DNA from: a phage
Strand: one strand, 5' to 3'
Assembly (NCBI GenBank): GCA_021537435.1
Contig: GCA_021537435.1_3050.1
DNA length: 64,000 nucleotides
A program made the translations under genes and the position numbers. Under the pieces are notes generated by a model. That model saw nothing but the letters and a program-made list of their open reading frames with translations, was not told the DNA's origin and ran no database searches. This document shows positions 22,104-36,656 of the stretch, piece after piece. Each line of letters begins with the position of its first letter. The first letter of the stretch is position 1.

Positions 22104-22757
22104 TTAATACTTACAAGATTTCACAGTTTCAATAAAAACACTTTTAGCTTCCTGTGAATCAATATTTAAAATTTTTCTATAAGCCTTTAACTTTATAGAA
22201 TAATTATTCCAGACTAAATTATCAGTCTGTTCATCATGTTTATCGATTATATTTAAAAACGAATCAAGCAAGATAAACGTCTCAAACGAAATTATATTCG
22301 ATTGAAGTAGTTTAAAAATATAACTTGATTGGACTTTTGGATTATACTCAAAGATTTCTTTAAAAGCAGAAACTTCAACTTTTTTACTAAAATAATAAAT
22401 GTTGCGAATATCTTCTTCAAACTTAAATTTAATTTGCTTTAAGCGTCCGATATATTCACGATAAAACACAAGTGCATCAGCGTCAGAGATGTCACCAATC
22501 CAAGCATCTTGGTTAGCAACAAGATTGCTTATAAAGATTAAAGCAAGTTCCTTTAATTTATATTTTTCTGATAACTTCTGGAAAAAATACTTATCCCTTC
22601 GCTTTTGATAAGCGGCATCAGACACCCGCATGCACCAATTATACTTAATTACATCATACTTTCCATTCATATGTTGTTTTATCATTAAGTATAATTTATA
22701 AACTGATTTACCATCAATATATCTTTCACCACCAGCAGGCATGCGGAGTTTAATCAT
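22104..22757 (-). CDS. 59: helicase loader gp59
   Basis: 217 aa, as T4 gp59. Confidence 0.9.
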   Translation of the reverse strand: MIKLRMPAGGERYIDGKSVYKLYLMIKQHMNGKYDVIKYNWCMRVSDAAYQKRRDKYFFQKLSEKYKLKELALIFISNLVANQDAWIGDISDADALVFYREYIGRLKQIKFKFEEDIRNIYYFSKKVEVSAFKEIFEYNPKVQSSYIFKLLQSNIISFETFILLDSFLNIIDKHDEQTDNLVWNNYSIKLKAYRKILNIDSQEAKSVFIETVKSCKY

Positions 22758-23092
22758 AGTAGAAAATCTAATGTATTAGTTTTTTCACAACGAACAACAG
22801 AAGGACGTAAAAGATTTTCGTCAATAGCTTCTGACTGAATTTTTTCAATTATACCCGAAGGAATAAATTTAGCAAATTGAGTTTCAGGAATAGAATTTTC
22901 TTCTAAGAATGCTGTTGTAGCTTCAAGATAACTCATTCCAAACTCTTCTACCATTTTTTCAATAATAAATCCATTTTCTTGACGGTCAAGAAGCTTTGCA
23001 ATTTCATCCTTTTCTTTCTTAATTGAAAGTTCTTTTTCTGAAAGACCGGTCTCATCGACCGGACGAATATCATTTAGAGAAAACTGTGTCAT
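22754..23092 (-). CDS. 33: late transcription co-activator gp33
   Basis: 112 aa from MTQFSLNDIRPVD; ORF-track start is 9 codons upstream. Confidence 0.75.
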   Translation of the reverse strand: MTQFSLNDIRPVDETGLSEKELSIKKEKDEIAKLLDRQENGFIIEKMVEEFGMSYLEATTAFLEENSIPETQFAKFIPSGIIEKIQSEAIDENLLRPSVVRCEKTNTLDFLL

Positions 23093-23339
23093 AAAGTTCA
23101 ACTACCTCTTCAGTTTCAGCTTCAAACACATCACGGTTATCTTTATGATACAAAGCTAACAGACGATTAAACATCTTGCCATCAACACCAAGTTCATCTT
23201 TGGCACGAATTCGAATATCTTTAATCAATTCATTATAACCAGAAATTTTCAGTTTATGATCAGATGCTTCTTTAATAAATTTAGCCAAGTCTTCGCCATG
23301 GATAGCTTCATCAAATTCAACCATTTCTTTTTTAGCCAT
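23070..23339 (-). CDS. dsbA: dsDNA-binding protein DsbA
   Basis: 89 aa, position between rnh and 33. Confidence 0.75.
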   Translation of the reverse strand: MAKKEMVEFDEAIHGEDLAKFIKEASDHKLKISGYNELIKDIRIRAKDELGVDGKMFNRLLALYHKDNRDVFEAETEEVVELYDTVFSK

Positions 23340-23347
23340 TATTCACC

Positions 23348-24265
23348 TCAAAATTCATTAATGCTATTAGTTAATTTAGAAAGACCCGCTTTTACAAAAT
23401 ATGAATAAATTTTGCCACGCGGTGGTAATTTATATGAATTATAATAATTCACAATGTTTGAAGCAATATTATCAGGAATATAATCAAAATCAATTAGAAC
23501 TAAATTTTCTTTATAACGATTATATTCAGATTCTGTGAGAAGCACCTTAGCTTGCTCACGGTCATTAGCAATAGCTTCAACAATAGAGGTTTTCATTGAA
23601 GGAGTTCGTTCACCTTCAACTCTGGTAAACCAGAAGTCAGATCGTACTTTAACTGAAGCAACGTTATCCTTTTTGTCGCCTTTAAGGATTTTAGTCATAC
23701 AGTCAATTTCAGCAGAACCGCTTTTAATTTTAACCCACTTCTTGTGCATCGGTGACCATTGCTTAACATTTGGGTATTTGTGAAGTTGAGTAAAGTCACC
23801 ATCCGATGAAATGATTAAAATCTTATGTCCTTCTAAAGAGAACTTTTTAACCAAAACAGCAATATGGTCATCTGCTTCATACTTATCAATATCCATAACG
23901 ATGTATGGCATATAAGCTTTCAATTCATCTATAACTTTATGGCTGGATTCAAAATAACCTTCCCAGTCCCAAGTAGATTCTTCTCGTGCTTTTCCACGGT
24001 TTTTCTTATAATAATAAGCAAAATCACGACGCCAGTATCCAGATTTCGCGTTATCAATACACAATACAATTTTAGTGTATCCAAGAGTTTTTGCTTTTTT
24101 GACATTAAACTTAATTGAGTTCAATATCAAATGACGAACCATTGATAAATTAATTTTTTCTTTATCTGGGAAGTTTACCAAAGCAGTTGAAAGCGCAATT
24201 TGACTAAAGTCAATTAAGCAGATTCCTTCTTTGTAATCTTCATCCAGCATCATTTCTAAATCCAT
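23348..24265 (-). CDS. rnh: RNase H (5'-3' exonuclease, FEN family)
   Basis: 305 aa from MDLEMMLDEDYKEG with GAGG SD; matches recalled T4 RNase H. Confidence 0.9.
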   Translation of the reverse strand: MDLEMMLDEDYKEGICLIDFSQIALSTALVNFPDKEKINLSMVRHLILNSIKFNVKKAKTLGYTKIVLCIDNAKSGYWRRDFAYYYKKNRGKAREESTWDWEGYFESSHKVIDELKAYMPYIVMDIDKYEADDHIAVLVKKFSLEGHKILIISSDGDFTQLHKYPNVKQWSPMHKKWVKIKSGSAEIDCMTKILKGDKKDNVASVKVRSDFWFTRVEGERTPSMKTSIVEAIANDREQAKVLLTESEYNRYKENLVLIDFDYIPDNIASNIVNYYNSYKLPPRGKIYSYFVKAGLSKLTNSINEF

Positions 24266-24289
24266 ATGAACCTCGTTCAATTAGTGAGA

Positions 24290-24324
24290 TTTCTATTATA
24301 TACCATCCAAATCTTAAAGTAAAC
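24290..24324 (-). promoter_or_regulatory. T4-type early promoter for rnh
   Basis: Minus strand GTTTACT, 17 nt, TATAAT; back-to-back with the gene 34 late promoter. Confidence 0.5.
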
Positions 24325-24326
24325 AA

Positions 24327-24334
24327 GTATAAAT
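24327..24334 (+). promoter_or_regulatory. late promoter TATAAATA for gene 34
   Basis: Exact TATAAATA about 35 nt upstream of the gene 34 ATG. Confidence 0.75.
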
Positions 24335-24369
24335 ACTTATTATTGAAAACACAATAGGAGCCCGGGAGA

Positions 24370-27300
24370 ATGGCCGAGATTAAAAGAAAGTTCAGAGCAG
24401 AAGATGGTCTGGACGCAGGTGGTGATAAAATAATCAACGTAGCTTTAGCTGATCGTGCCGTAGGAACTGACGGTGTTAACGTTGATTACTTAATTCAAGA
24501 AAACACAGTTCAACAATACGATCCAACTCGTGGATATTTAAAAGATTTTGTAATCATTTATGATAACCGTTTTTGGGCTGCTATAAATGATATTCCAAAA
24601 CCAGCAGGAGCTTTTAATAGCGTACGTTGGAGATCATTACGTACTGATGCTAATTGGACAACTGTTTCATCAGGACCTTATCAATTAAAGTCAGGCGAAT
24701 CAATTTCAGTTGATACTGCATCTGGTAATGACATTACATTTACTTTACCATCTTCCCCAATTGATGGAGATACTATCGTTCTCCAAGACATTGGAGGAAA
24801 ACCTGGAGTTAATCAAGTTTTAATTACCGCTTCAGTACAAAGTATTGTAAACTTTAGAGGTGAACAAGTACGTTCAGTACTAATGACTCATCCAAAGTCA
24901 CAGTTAGTTTTAATTTTTAGTAATCGTCTGTGGCAAATGTATGTAGCTGATTATAGTAGAGAAGCTGTAGTTGTAACACCGGCAAGTCTCTACCAAGCGC
25001 AGTCAAACGATTTTATCGTGCGTAGATTTACTTCCGCTGCGCCTATTAATATTAAACTTCCGAGATTTGCTAATCATGGCGATATTATTAATTTCGTTGA
25101 TTTAGATAAATTAAATCCTCTTTATCATACAATTGTTACTACATACGATGAAACTACTTCAATACAAGAAGATGGAACTCATTCCATTGAAGGCCGTACA
25201 TCTATTGATGGTTTCTTGATGTATGATGATAATGAGAAATTATGGAGATTATTTGACGGGGATAGTAAAGCACGTTTACGCGTTATAACAACTAATTCTA
25301 GCATTCGTCCAAATGAAGAAGTCATGGTATTTGGTGCGAATAACGGAACAACCCAAACAATTGAACTTCAGCTTCCAACTAATATTTCTGTTGGTGATAC
25401 TGTTAAAATTTCCATGAATTACATGAGAAAAGGACAAACAGTTAAAATCAAAGCTGCTGATGAAGATAAAATTGCTTCTTCAGTTCAATTACTGCAATTC
25501 CCAAAACGCTCAGAATATCCGCCTGAAGCTGAATGGGTGACTGTTCAAGAATTAGTTTTTAATGGTGAAACTAATTATGTTCCAGTTTTGGAACTTGCTT
25601 ATATAGAAGATTCTGATGGAAAATACTGGGTTGTACAACAAAACGTTCCAACAGTTGAAAGAGTTGATTCTTTAAATGATTCTACTAGAGCAAGATTAGG
25701 CGTAATTGCTTTAGCTACACAAGCTCAAGCAAATGCTGATTTAGAAAATTCTCCACAGAAAGAATTAGCAATTACACCAGAAACATTAGCTAACCGTACT
25801 GCTACAGAAACTCGTAGAGGTATCGCAAGAATAGCAACCACTGCCCAAGTGAACCAGGATACTACATTCTCTTTTGCTGATGATATTATCGTCACTCCTA
25901 AAAAGCTGAATGAAAGAACTGCCACAGAAACCCGTAGAGGTGTTGCTGAAATTGCTACACAGCAAGAAACTAATGCAGGTACTGATGATACTACAATCAT
26001 CACTCCTAAAAAGCTTCAAGCTCGACAAGGTTCTGAATCATTATCTGGTATTGTAACCTTTGTATCTACCGCAGGAGCTACTCCAGCTTCTAGTCGTGAA
26101 TTAAATGGTACAAATGTTTACAATAAAAACACTAATAATTTAGTTGTTTCGCCTAAAGCTTTGGATCAGTATAAAGCTACTCCAACGCAACAAGGTGCAG
26201 TAATTTTAGCAGTTGAAAGTGAAGTAATTGCTGGAAAAAGTCAAGAAGGATGGGCAAATGCTGTTGTAACGCCAGAAACGTTACATAAAAAGACATCAAC
26301 TGATGGAAGAATTGGTTTAATTGAAATTGCTACACAAAGTGAAGTTAATACAGGAACTGATTATACTCGTGCAGTCACTCCTAAAACTTTAAATGATCGT
26401 AAAGCAACTGAAAGTTTAAGTGGTATAGCTGAAATTGCTACACAAGTTGAATTCGACGCAGGCGTCGACGATACTCGTATCTCTACACCATTAAAAATTA
26501 AAACCAGATTTAATAGTACTGATCGTACTTCTGTTGTTGCTCTATCTGGATTAGTTGAATCAGGAACTCTCTGGGACCATTATACCCTTAATATTCTTGA
26601 AGCAAATGAGACACAACGTGGTACACTTCGTGTAGCTACACAAGTTGAAGCTGCTGCAGGAACATTGGATAATGTTCTAATAACTCCTAAAAAGCTTTTA
26701 GGTACTAAATCTACCGAATCGCAAGAAGGCGTTATTAAAGTTGCAACTCAGGCTGAAACTGTAGCTGGAACGTCAGCAAATACTGCTGTATCTCCAAAAA
26801 ATTTAAAATGGGTTGTACAGAGTGAACCTACTTGGGCAGCTACTACTTTGGTAAGAGGTTTTGTTAAAACTTCATCTGGTTCAATTACATTCGTTGGTAA
26901 TGATATAGTTGGTTCAACACAGTCATTAGAATTATATGAGAAAAATAGCTATGCAGTATCGCCATATGAATTAAACCGCGTATTAGCAAATTATTTGCCG
27001 TTAAAAGCAAAAGCTGCAGATAGTAATTTATTAGATGGTCTAGATTCATCTCAGTTCATTCGTAGGGATATTGCACAGACAGTTAATGGTTCACTAACCT
27101 TAACGCAACAAACGAATCTGAGTGCCCCTCTTGTATCATCTAGTACTGCTACGTTCGGTGGATCAGTTTCAGCAAATAGTACACTAACCATTTCTAATAC
27201 TGATGGAACAGCAACTCGTCTGATTTTTGAGAAAGGACCTCAAACTGGAACGAACCCGGCTCAAACGATGACAGTCAGCGTGTGGGGGAATCAATTTAGT

Positions 27301-28242
27301 GGGGAATCAAACACAACACGTTCTACCGTATTTGAAGTTAGTGATGAAACATCTTATCACTTTTATTCTCAACGCGATAAAGATGGTAATATAGCATTTA
27401 GCATTAATGGTACTGTAATGCCAATAAATGTGAATGCTTTAGGTTCTTTGAATGCGAATGGCGTTGCAACATTCGGTAGTTCAGTTACTGCTAATGGCGA
27501 ATTTATCAGTAAATCATCGAATGCTTTCAGAGCAATAAATGGTAATTATGGATTCTTTATTCGTAACGCTGGTAATGACACCTATTTTATGCTCACTGCA
27601 GCCGGTGATCAGAGCGGTGGATTTAATGCATTACGTCCATTATCAATTAATAATCAGTCCGGTCAAGTAACGATTGGTGAAAACTTAATCATTGCCAAAG
27701 GTGCTACTATAAGTTCAGGTGGTTTAACTGTTAACTCGAGAATTCGTTCTCAGGGTACTAAAACCTCTGATTTATATACCCGTGCGCCAACATCTGATAC
27801 TGTAGGATTCTGGTCAATCGATATTAATGATTCAGCCACTTATAACCAGTTCCCGGGTTATTTTGAAATGGTTGAAAAAACTAATGAAGTGACTGGACTT
27901 CCATACTTAGAACGTGGCGAAGAGGTTAAATCTCCTGGTACATTGACTCAGTTTGGTAACACACTCGATTCGCTTTACCAAGATTGGATTACTTATCCAA
28001 CGACCCCAGACGCGCGCACCACTCGCTGGACACGTACATGGCAGAAAACCAAAAACTCTTGGTCAAGTTTTGTTCAGGTATTTGATGGGGGTAACCCTCC
28101 TCAGCCATCTGATATCGGTGCTTTACCATCTGATAATGCTACAATGGGGAATCTTACTATTCGTGATTTCTTACGAATTGGTAATGTTCGCATTATTCCT
28201 GACCCAGTGAATAAATCTGTTAAATTTGAATGGATTGAATAA
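24370..28242 (+). CDS. 34: long tail fibre proximal subunit gp34
   Basis: 1290 aa; AGGAG SD and TATAAATA late promoter upstream; internal repeat units. Confidence 0.95.
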   Translation: MAEIKRKFRAEDGLDAGGDKIINVALADRAVGTDGVNVDYLIQENTVQQYDPTRGYLKDFVIIYDNRFWAAINDIPKPAGAFNSVRWRSLRTDANWTTVSSGPYQLKSGESISVDTASGNDITFTLPSSPIDGDTIVLQDIGGKPGVNQVLITASVQSIVNFRGEQVRSVLMTHPKSQLVLIFSNRLWQMYVADYSREAVVVTPASLYQAQSNDFIVRRFTSAAPINIKLPRFANHGDIINFVDLDKLNPLYHTIVTTYDETTSIQEDGTHSIEGRTSIDGFLMYDDNEKLWRLFDGDSKARLRVITTNSSIRPNEEVMVFGANNGTTQTIELQLPTNISVGDTVKISMNYMRKGQTVKIKAADEDKIASSVQLLQFPKRSEYPPEAEWVTVQELVFNGETNYVPVLELAYIEDSDGKYWVVQQNVPTVERVDSLNDSTRARLGVIALATQAQANADLENSPQKELAITPETLANRTATETRRGIARIATTAQVNQDTTFSFADDIIVTPKKLNERTATETRRGVAEIATQQETNAGTDDTTIITPKKLQARQGSESLSGIVTFVSTAGATPASSRELNGTNVYNKNTNNLVVSPKALDQYKATPTQQGAVILAVESEVIAGKSQEGWANAVVTPETLHKKTSTDGRIGLIEIATQSEVNTGTDYTRAVTPKTLNDRKATESLSGIAEIATQVEFDAGVDDTRISTPLKIKTRFNSTDRTSVVALSGLVESGTLWDHYTLNILEANETQRGTLRVATQVEAAAGTLDNVLITPKKLLGTKSTESQEGVIKVATQAETVAGTSANTAVSPKNLKWVVQSEPTWAATTLVRGFVKTSSGSITFVGNDIVGSTQSLELYEKNSYAVSPYELNRVLANYLPLKAKAADSNLLDGLDSSQFIRRDIAQTVNGSLTLTQQTNLSAPLVSSSTATFGGSVSANSTLTISNTDGTATRLIFEKGPQTGTNPAQTMTVSVWGNQFSGESNTTRSTVFEVSDETSYHFYSQRDKDGNIAFSINGTVMPINVNALGSLNANGVATFGSSVTANGEFISKSSNAFRAINGNYGFFIRNAGNDTYFMLTAAGDQSGGFNALRPLSINNQSGQVTIGENLIIAKGATISSGGLTVNSRIRSQGTKTSDLYTRAPTSDTVGFWSIDINDSATYNQFPGYFEMVEKTNEVTGLPYLERGEEVKSPGTLTQFGNTLDSLYQDWITYPTTPDARTTRWTRTWQKTKNSWSSFVQVFDGGNPPQPSDIGALPSDNATMGNLTIRDFLRIGNVRIIPDPVNKSVKFEWIE
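25740..26780 (+). repeat. in-frame tandem degenerate repeats within gene 34
   Basis: Six units of about 30-35 aa, e.g. TPETLANRTATETRRGIARIATTAQVN, TPKKLNERTATETRRGVAEIATQQETN, TPKTLNDRKATESLSGIAEIATQVEFD. Confidence 0.7.
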
Positions 28243-28250
28243 GAGGTATT

Positions 28251-29366
28251 ATGGAAAAATTTATGGCAGAGTTTGGACAAGGATATGTCCAAACGCCATT
28301 TTTATCGGAAAGCAATTCAGTAAGATATAAAATAAGTATAGCGGGTTCTTGCCCGCTTTCTACAGCAGGACCATATGTTAAATTTCAGGATAATCCTATC
28401 GGAAGTCAAACATTTAACGCAGGTCTTCATTTAAGAGTTTTTGACCCTTCTACAGGAGCATTAGTTGATAGTAAGTCATATGCTTTTTCGACTTCAAATG
28501 ATACTACATCAGCTGCTTTTGTTAGTTTCATGAATTCTTTGACGAATAATAGACTTGTTGCTATATTAACTAGCGGAAAGGTTAATTTTCCTCCTGAAGT
28601 AGTATCTTGGTTAAGAGCTGCAGGAACATCTGCTTTTCCATCTGATTCTGTATTGTCAAGATTTGACGTATCATATGCTGCTTTTTATACTTCTTCTAAA
28701 AGAGCTATTGCATTAGAACACGTTAAACTAAGTAATAGAAAAAGTACAGATGACTATCAAACTATTTTAGATGTTGTATTTGATAGTTTAGAAGACGTTG
28801 GAGCTACAGGATTTCCTAAAAGAACATATGAAAGCGTTGAGCAATTTATGTCAGCTGTCGGTGGAACTAATAACGAAATTGCACGTTTACCAACTTCATC
28901 CGCGATAAGTAAATTATCTGACTATAATTTAATCCCTGGTGATGTTCTTTATCTTAAAGCGCAGCTATACGCTGACGCAGATTTACTTGCGCTTGGAACT
29001 ACAAATATATCTATCCGTTTTTATGATGAATCGAATGGATATATTTCTTCAACACATGCTGAGTTTACTGGACAAGCTGAGTCATGGGAATTAAAGGAAG
29101 ATTATGTAGTTATTCCAGAAAATGCAGTAGGATTTACGATATATGCACAAAGAACTGCTCAAGCTGGTCAAGGCGGCATGAGGAATTTAAGCTTTTCGGA
29201 AGTGTCAAGAAATGGCGGAATTTCAAAACCTGCTGAATTTGGCGTCAATGGTATTCGAGTTAATTATGTCTGTGAATCTGCTTCACCTCCGGATATAATG
29301 GTACTTCCTACGCAAGCATCGTCTAAAGCTGGTAAAGTATTTGGGCAAGAATTTAGAGAAGTATAA
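28251..29366 (+). CDS. 35: long tail fibre hinge protein gp35
   Basis: 371 aa, immediately downstream of 34. Confidence 0.9.
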   Translation: MEKFMAEFGQGYVQTPFLSESNSVRYKISIAGSCPLSTAGPYVKFQDNPIGSQTFNAGLHLRVFDPSTGALVDSKSYAFSTSNDTTSAAFVSFMNSLTNNRLVAILTSGKVNFPPEVVSWLRAAGTSAFPSDSVLSRFDVSYAAFYTSSKRAIALEHVKLSNRKSTDDYQTILDVVFDSLEDVGATGFPKRTYESVEQFMSAVGGTNNEIARLPTSSAISKLSDYNLIPGDVLYLKAQLYADADLLALGTTNISIRFYDESNGYISSTHAEFTGQAESWELKEDYVVIPENAVGFTIYAQRTAQAGQGGMRNLSFSEVSRNGGISKPAEFGVNGIRVNYVCESASPPDIMVLPTQASSKAGKVFGQEFREV

Positions 29367-29371
29367 ATTGA

Positions 29372-29398
29372 GGGAGCCTTCGGGTTCCCTTTTTCTTT
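29372..29398 (+). terminator. intrinsic terminator after gene 35
   Basis: GGGAGCC-UUCG-GGUUCCC hairpin followed by UUUUUCUUU. Confidence 0.65.
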
Positions 29399-29405
29399 AT
29401 AAATA
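29398..29405 (+). promoter_or_regulatory. late promoter TATAAATA for genes 36-37-38
   Basis: Exact TATAAATA about 25 nt upstream of the gene 36 ATG, just after the terminator hairpin. Confidence 0.75.
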
Positions 29406-29428
29406 CTATTAAAATAAAGGGGCATACA

Positions 29429-30085
29429 ATGGCTGATTTAAAAGTAGGTTCAACAACTGGAGGCTCTGTCATTTGGCATCAAGGAAATTTTCCATTGAAT
29501 CCAGCCGGTGACGATGTACTCTATAAATCATTTAAAATATATTCAGAATACAATAAACCGCAAGCTGCTGATAACGATTTCGTTTCTAAAGCTAATGGTG
29601 GTACGTATTTAAATAAAGTAATTTTTAATAAAGGAATGACTGTTCCTGGTGCAGGGTCAGGTGACAATGGTATTTTTGCTGGTCCTGGTGATAATGCCAC
29701 ATATGATACTACAAATATGGATATTGTTTCGTGGTATGGTATTGGTTTTAAATCATCACAGGGATCAGCGGGTAGAACTGTAGTAATTAACACACGAAAT
29801 GGGGATATTAGCTCAAAGGGTGTAATTGAAGCATCACAAATACGCGCAACTTCATTATCTCCAGTAAATAATTATGACCTCACGCGGAAAGATTATGTCG
29901 ATGGAGCAATAAATATTGTTACAGCAAACGCAAACTCTAGGGTATTACGCTCTGGAGATACTATGACAGGTAACTTAACCGCGCCAAACCTTTTTTCGCA
30001 GAATCCTGCATCTCAACCATCACATGTTCCACGATTTGACCAAATTGTTATTAAGGATTCTGTTCAAGATTTCGGCTATTATTAA
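29429..30085 (+). CDS. 36: long tail fibre distal connector gp36
   Basis: 218 aa; N- and C-terminal stretches match recalled T4 gp36. Confidence 0.9.
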   Translation: MADLKVGSTTGGSVIWHQGNFPLNPAGDDVLYKSFKIYSEYNKPQAADNDFVSKANGGTYLNKVIFNKGMTVPGAGSGDNGIFAGPGDNATYDTTNMDIVSWYGIGFKSSQGSAGRTVVINTRNGDISSKGVIEASQIRATSLSPVNNYDLTRKDYVDGAINIVTANANSRVLRSGDTMTGNLTAPNLFSQNPASQPSHVPRFDQIVIKDSVQDFGYY

Positions 30086-30093
30086 GAGGACTT

Positions 30094-34213
<4,120 letters not shown>

Positions 34214-34243
34214 TTTGAATAAATATCCTTAAAAGGAGGGTCT

Positions 34244-34900
34244 ATGGCAGCACCTAGAATATCATTTTCGCCCTCTGATATTCTGTTGGGTGTTCTAGAT
34301 CGCTTGTTCAAAGATAACGCTACCGGGAAGGTTCTTGCTTCCCGGGTAGCTGTCGTAATTCTTTTGTTTATAATGGCGATTGTTTGGTATAGGGGAGATA
34401 GTTTCTTTGAGTACTATAAGCAATCAAAGTATGAAACATACCGTGAAATTATTGAAAAGGAAAGAAATGCACGCTTTGAATCTGTCGCCCTGGAACAACT
34501 CCAGATAGTTCATATATCATCTGAGGCAGACTTTAGTGCGGTGTATTCTTTCCGCCCTAAAAACTTAAACTATTTTGTTGATATTATAGCATACGAAGGA
34601 AAATTACCTTCAACAATAAGTGAAAAATCACTTGGAGGATATCCTGTTGATAAAACTATGGATGAATATGCAGTTCATTTAAATGGACGTCATTATTATT
34701 CCAACTCAAAATTTGCTTTTTTACCAACTAAAAAGCCTACTCCCGAAATAAATTACATGTACAGTTGTCCATATTTCAATTTGGATAATATCTATACTGG
34801 AACAATAACCATGTACTGGTATAGAAATGATCATATAAGTAATGACCGCCTTGAATCAATATGTGCTCAGGCGGCCAGAATATTAGGAAGGGCTAAATAA
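34244..34900 (+). CDS. t: holin / lysis-inhibition sensor t
   Basis: 218 aa, N-terminal TM segment, AAGGAGG SD, as T4 holin. Confidence 0.9.
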   Translation: MAAPRISFSPSDILLGVLDRLFKDNATGKVLASRVAVVILLFIMAIVWYRGDSFFEYYKQSKYETYREIIEKERNARFESVALEQLQIVHISSEADFSAVYSFRPKNLNYFVDIIAYEGKLPSTISEKSLGGYPVDKTMDEYAVHLNGRHYYSNSKFAFLPTKKPTPEINYMYSCPYFNLDNIYTGTITMYWYRNDHISNDRLESICAQAARILGRAK

Positions 34901-35173
34901 TTATTTGTTTGTATACATCTCTAGATATCGATATACACCCTCAAAACCCTCGTTGAATTCGTCGATGAGGGTTTTCTTATCTTCTTGGGTTAATTCAGAA
35001 ACAATTTTACGGAATGAATTCTGATTTAACTTTCTACCTTCATGCGTTACTCCAATCTCATTCAGAAATGCAATAAAATTAGCACGATTCTCAACAATAT
35101 CTTCTCTGGAAAATTTAATCAAAATAGATGCAACAGTAATAATTTCACGAACTGTATCAATGTTTTTATTCAT
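34901..35173 (-). CDS. asiA: anti-sigma-70 factor AsiA
   Basis: 90 aa, MNKNIDTVREIITVASILIKFSREDIVENRANFIAF... Confidence 0.9.
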   Translation of the reverse strand: MNKNIDTVREIITVASILIKFSREDIVENRANFIAFLNEIGVTHEGRKLNQNSFRKIVSELTQEDKKTLIDEFNEGFEGVYRYLEMYTNK

Positions 35174-35201
35174 TAACTATACCACTCAATTAGTTGACTT
35201 T

Positions 35202-35234
35202 GTTATAATATCATCAGACGCTTGATTTGTAAAC
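35202..35234 (-). promoter_or_regulatory. T4-type early promoter for asiA
   Basis: Minus strand GTTTACA, 17 nt, TATTAT. Confidence 0.5.
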
Positions 35235-35334
35235 TGGTCTGTGTTATTTTCTTCAAAAATTTTTTCTACGAATTCCTTGAACGACTCACGTTCCTGAGCT
35301 ACATTGTGCTCGATTACCTTTTCAAGATTATGAC

Positions 35335-35613
35335 TCATTCGAAATAATCTTCAATTTCGTAATCATGGACATAAATCATTATAGTTTTTAATACATCATC
35401 AATACTTTTTCCTGGAGCTGGAATTACGTAAAAATATCCTACTTTTGAGAGGTCTTTATAAGTTCCAATTAAGAAATCGTTATTCTCAAGATGTAGTTCT
35501 TCAACTAATTCATTGACAATTGAGTGGTATAAATTTGGTAGTAACTTGTATAGCTTTTCTAGAATATCAATTTTGATTGTATATTGAACCACAGACTGAG
35601 AATCAATAATCAT
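35335..35613 (-). CDS. arn: Arn anti-restriction (McrBC inhibitor) protein
   Basis: 92 aa, position next to asiA. Confidence 0.75.
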   Translation of the reverse strand: MIIDSQSVVQYTIKIDILEKLYKLLPNLYHSIVNELVEELHLENNDFLIGTYKDLSKVGYFYVIPAPGKSIDDVLKTIMIYVHDYEIEDYFE

Positions 35614-35696
35614 AGACCTTCCCCTTATGTTTCTGTTTGCGATTAGATTCTTTAAACGCTTTCTTCTTATCCTTATGGACAGAAGCTTTATTAAAA

Positions 35697-35915
35697 TTAT
35701 GTTTTGCGACTAAATTGTTCATAGTGCTGAATTACCTCTCTTAAACATTTGCATGTGAATGAAAACTTTTTAGCTACACCACATTCAAATATATGTTCTC
35801 TTAAATCACGTGTGTCAGTATATCCCATCTCAACGATAAAATGCCGTATTAGATTTTTATCTTTATCATTGAGAGAATTAAAATAATCGGATTTTGAATT
35901 AATTTCCCTGGCCAA
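35697..35915 (-). CDS. hypothetical protein (arn.1-4 block)
   Basis: ORF-track 72 aa. Confidence 0.45.
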   Translation of the reverse strand: MAREINSKSDYFNSLNDKDKNLIRHFIVEMGYTDTRDLREHIFECGVAKKFSFTCKCLREVIQHYEQFSRKT

Positions 35916-36195
35916 ATTGAATCACCTTCAGTTGACGTTTTAGCTCTTTTATCATCTCTTCATTCATCGCAATATAAAGATCACGTAAAGCAGGTTTTAA
36001 CATTCCATTTATTGGAGAACTAAATGGGCATACATAATCTTTTCCTACGAGCTTTTTAGTGAATTCCATATTACAGAACTGAAATGCTGGTTCATTGGCA
36101 TAAATTCCCCATTTAGTTGACATCATTTTATTGGCATATTCCAGCGCCTGAATTTGATTCATAATTCCATCAATTTGAAACTTTTTAATATTCAT
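35899..36195 (-). CDS. hypothetical protein (arn.1-4 block)
   Basis: ORF-track 98 aa. Confidence 0.45.
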   Translation of the reverse strand: MNIKKFQIDGIMNQIQALEYANKMMSTKWGIYANEPAFQFCNMEFTKKLVGKDYVCPFSSPINGMLKPALRDLYIAMNEEMIKELKRQLKVIQFGQGN

Positions 36196-36656
36196 TAGTA
36201 AAGGTCCTCAGAGTAAAGTTCTTTTTCACTACCACCACGTTCAATACGTACTTGTCCGGCGTAAGTTGCAATAATCATTGCTTCTTCACGTGTCCAATAA
36301 TTACTATATTGGTCAATAAACCCTTGGTCATCATCACAAACTTGCTGAGTAACTAATTGGGGTTTAACTACATCTAAAACTTCGGCCATATCTTTAGAAT
36401 AATGACGAGCACCTGGAATAACAAGAGTTCGTCCATCTTTTAATTTAAAACGATTGGCTGCGCAAACAATTCGTCGTTGATACTTTTGATTTTCATCCCA
36501 ATATGCAGACTGCCAACAGATTTCAGGAACTTCTTTTAAAATATCTTCTTCTGTATATTCACCGTTGTAAGAAGCTAATTTAGCAGCCAGACTTTCTGGA
36601 GTCTCACGTGACAAAGCTTTATCTAACAGAGCTAAACGTTCTTTAAAAGTTTTCAT
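36195..36656 (-). CDS. hypothetical protein (arn.1-4 block)
   Basis: ORF-track 153 aa. Confidence 0.5.
   Translation of the reverse strand: MKTFKERLALLDKALSRETPESLAAKLASYNGEYTEEDILKEVPEICWQSAYWDENQKYQRRIVCAANRFKLKDGRTLVIPGARHYSKDMAEVLDVVKPQLVTQQVCDDDQGFIDQYSNYWTREEAMIIATYAGQVRIERGGSEKELYSEDLY

Noticed and set aside
25725-26028. Minus-strand ORFs 25725..26003 and 25786..26028 inside gene 34
   Set aside because: They are antisense to the repeat region of gene 34 and are open only because of the repetitive codon composition; no start context.
35186-35338. 50-aa minus-strand ORF between arn and asiA, and a similar 50-aa ORF at 57205..57357
   Set aside because: Below the size cutoff with no recognisable motif; the first contains the asiA promoter within it. 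Possible but unsupported.
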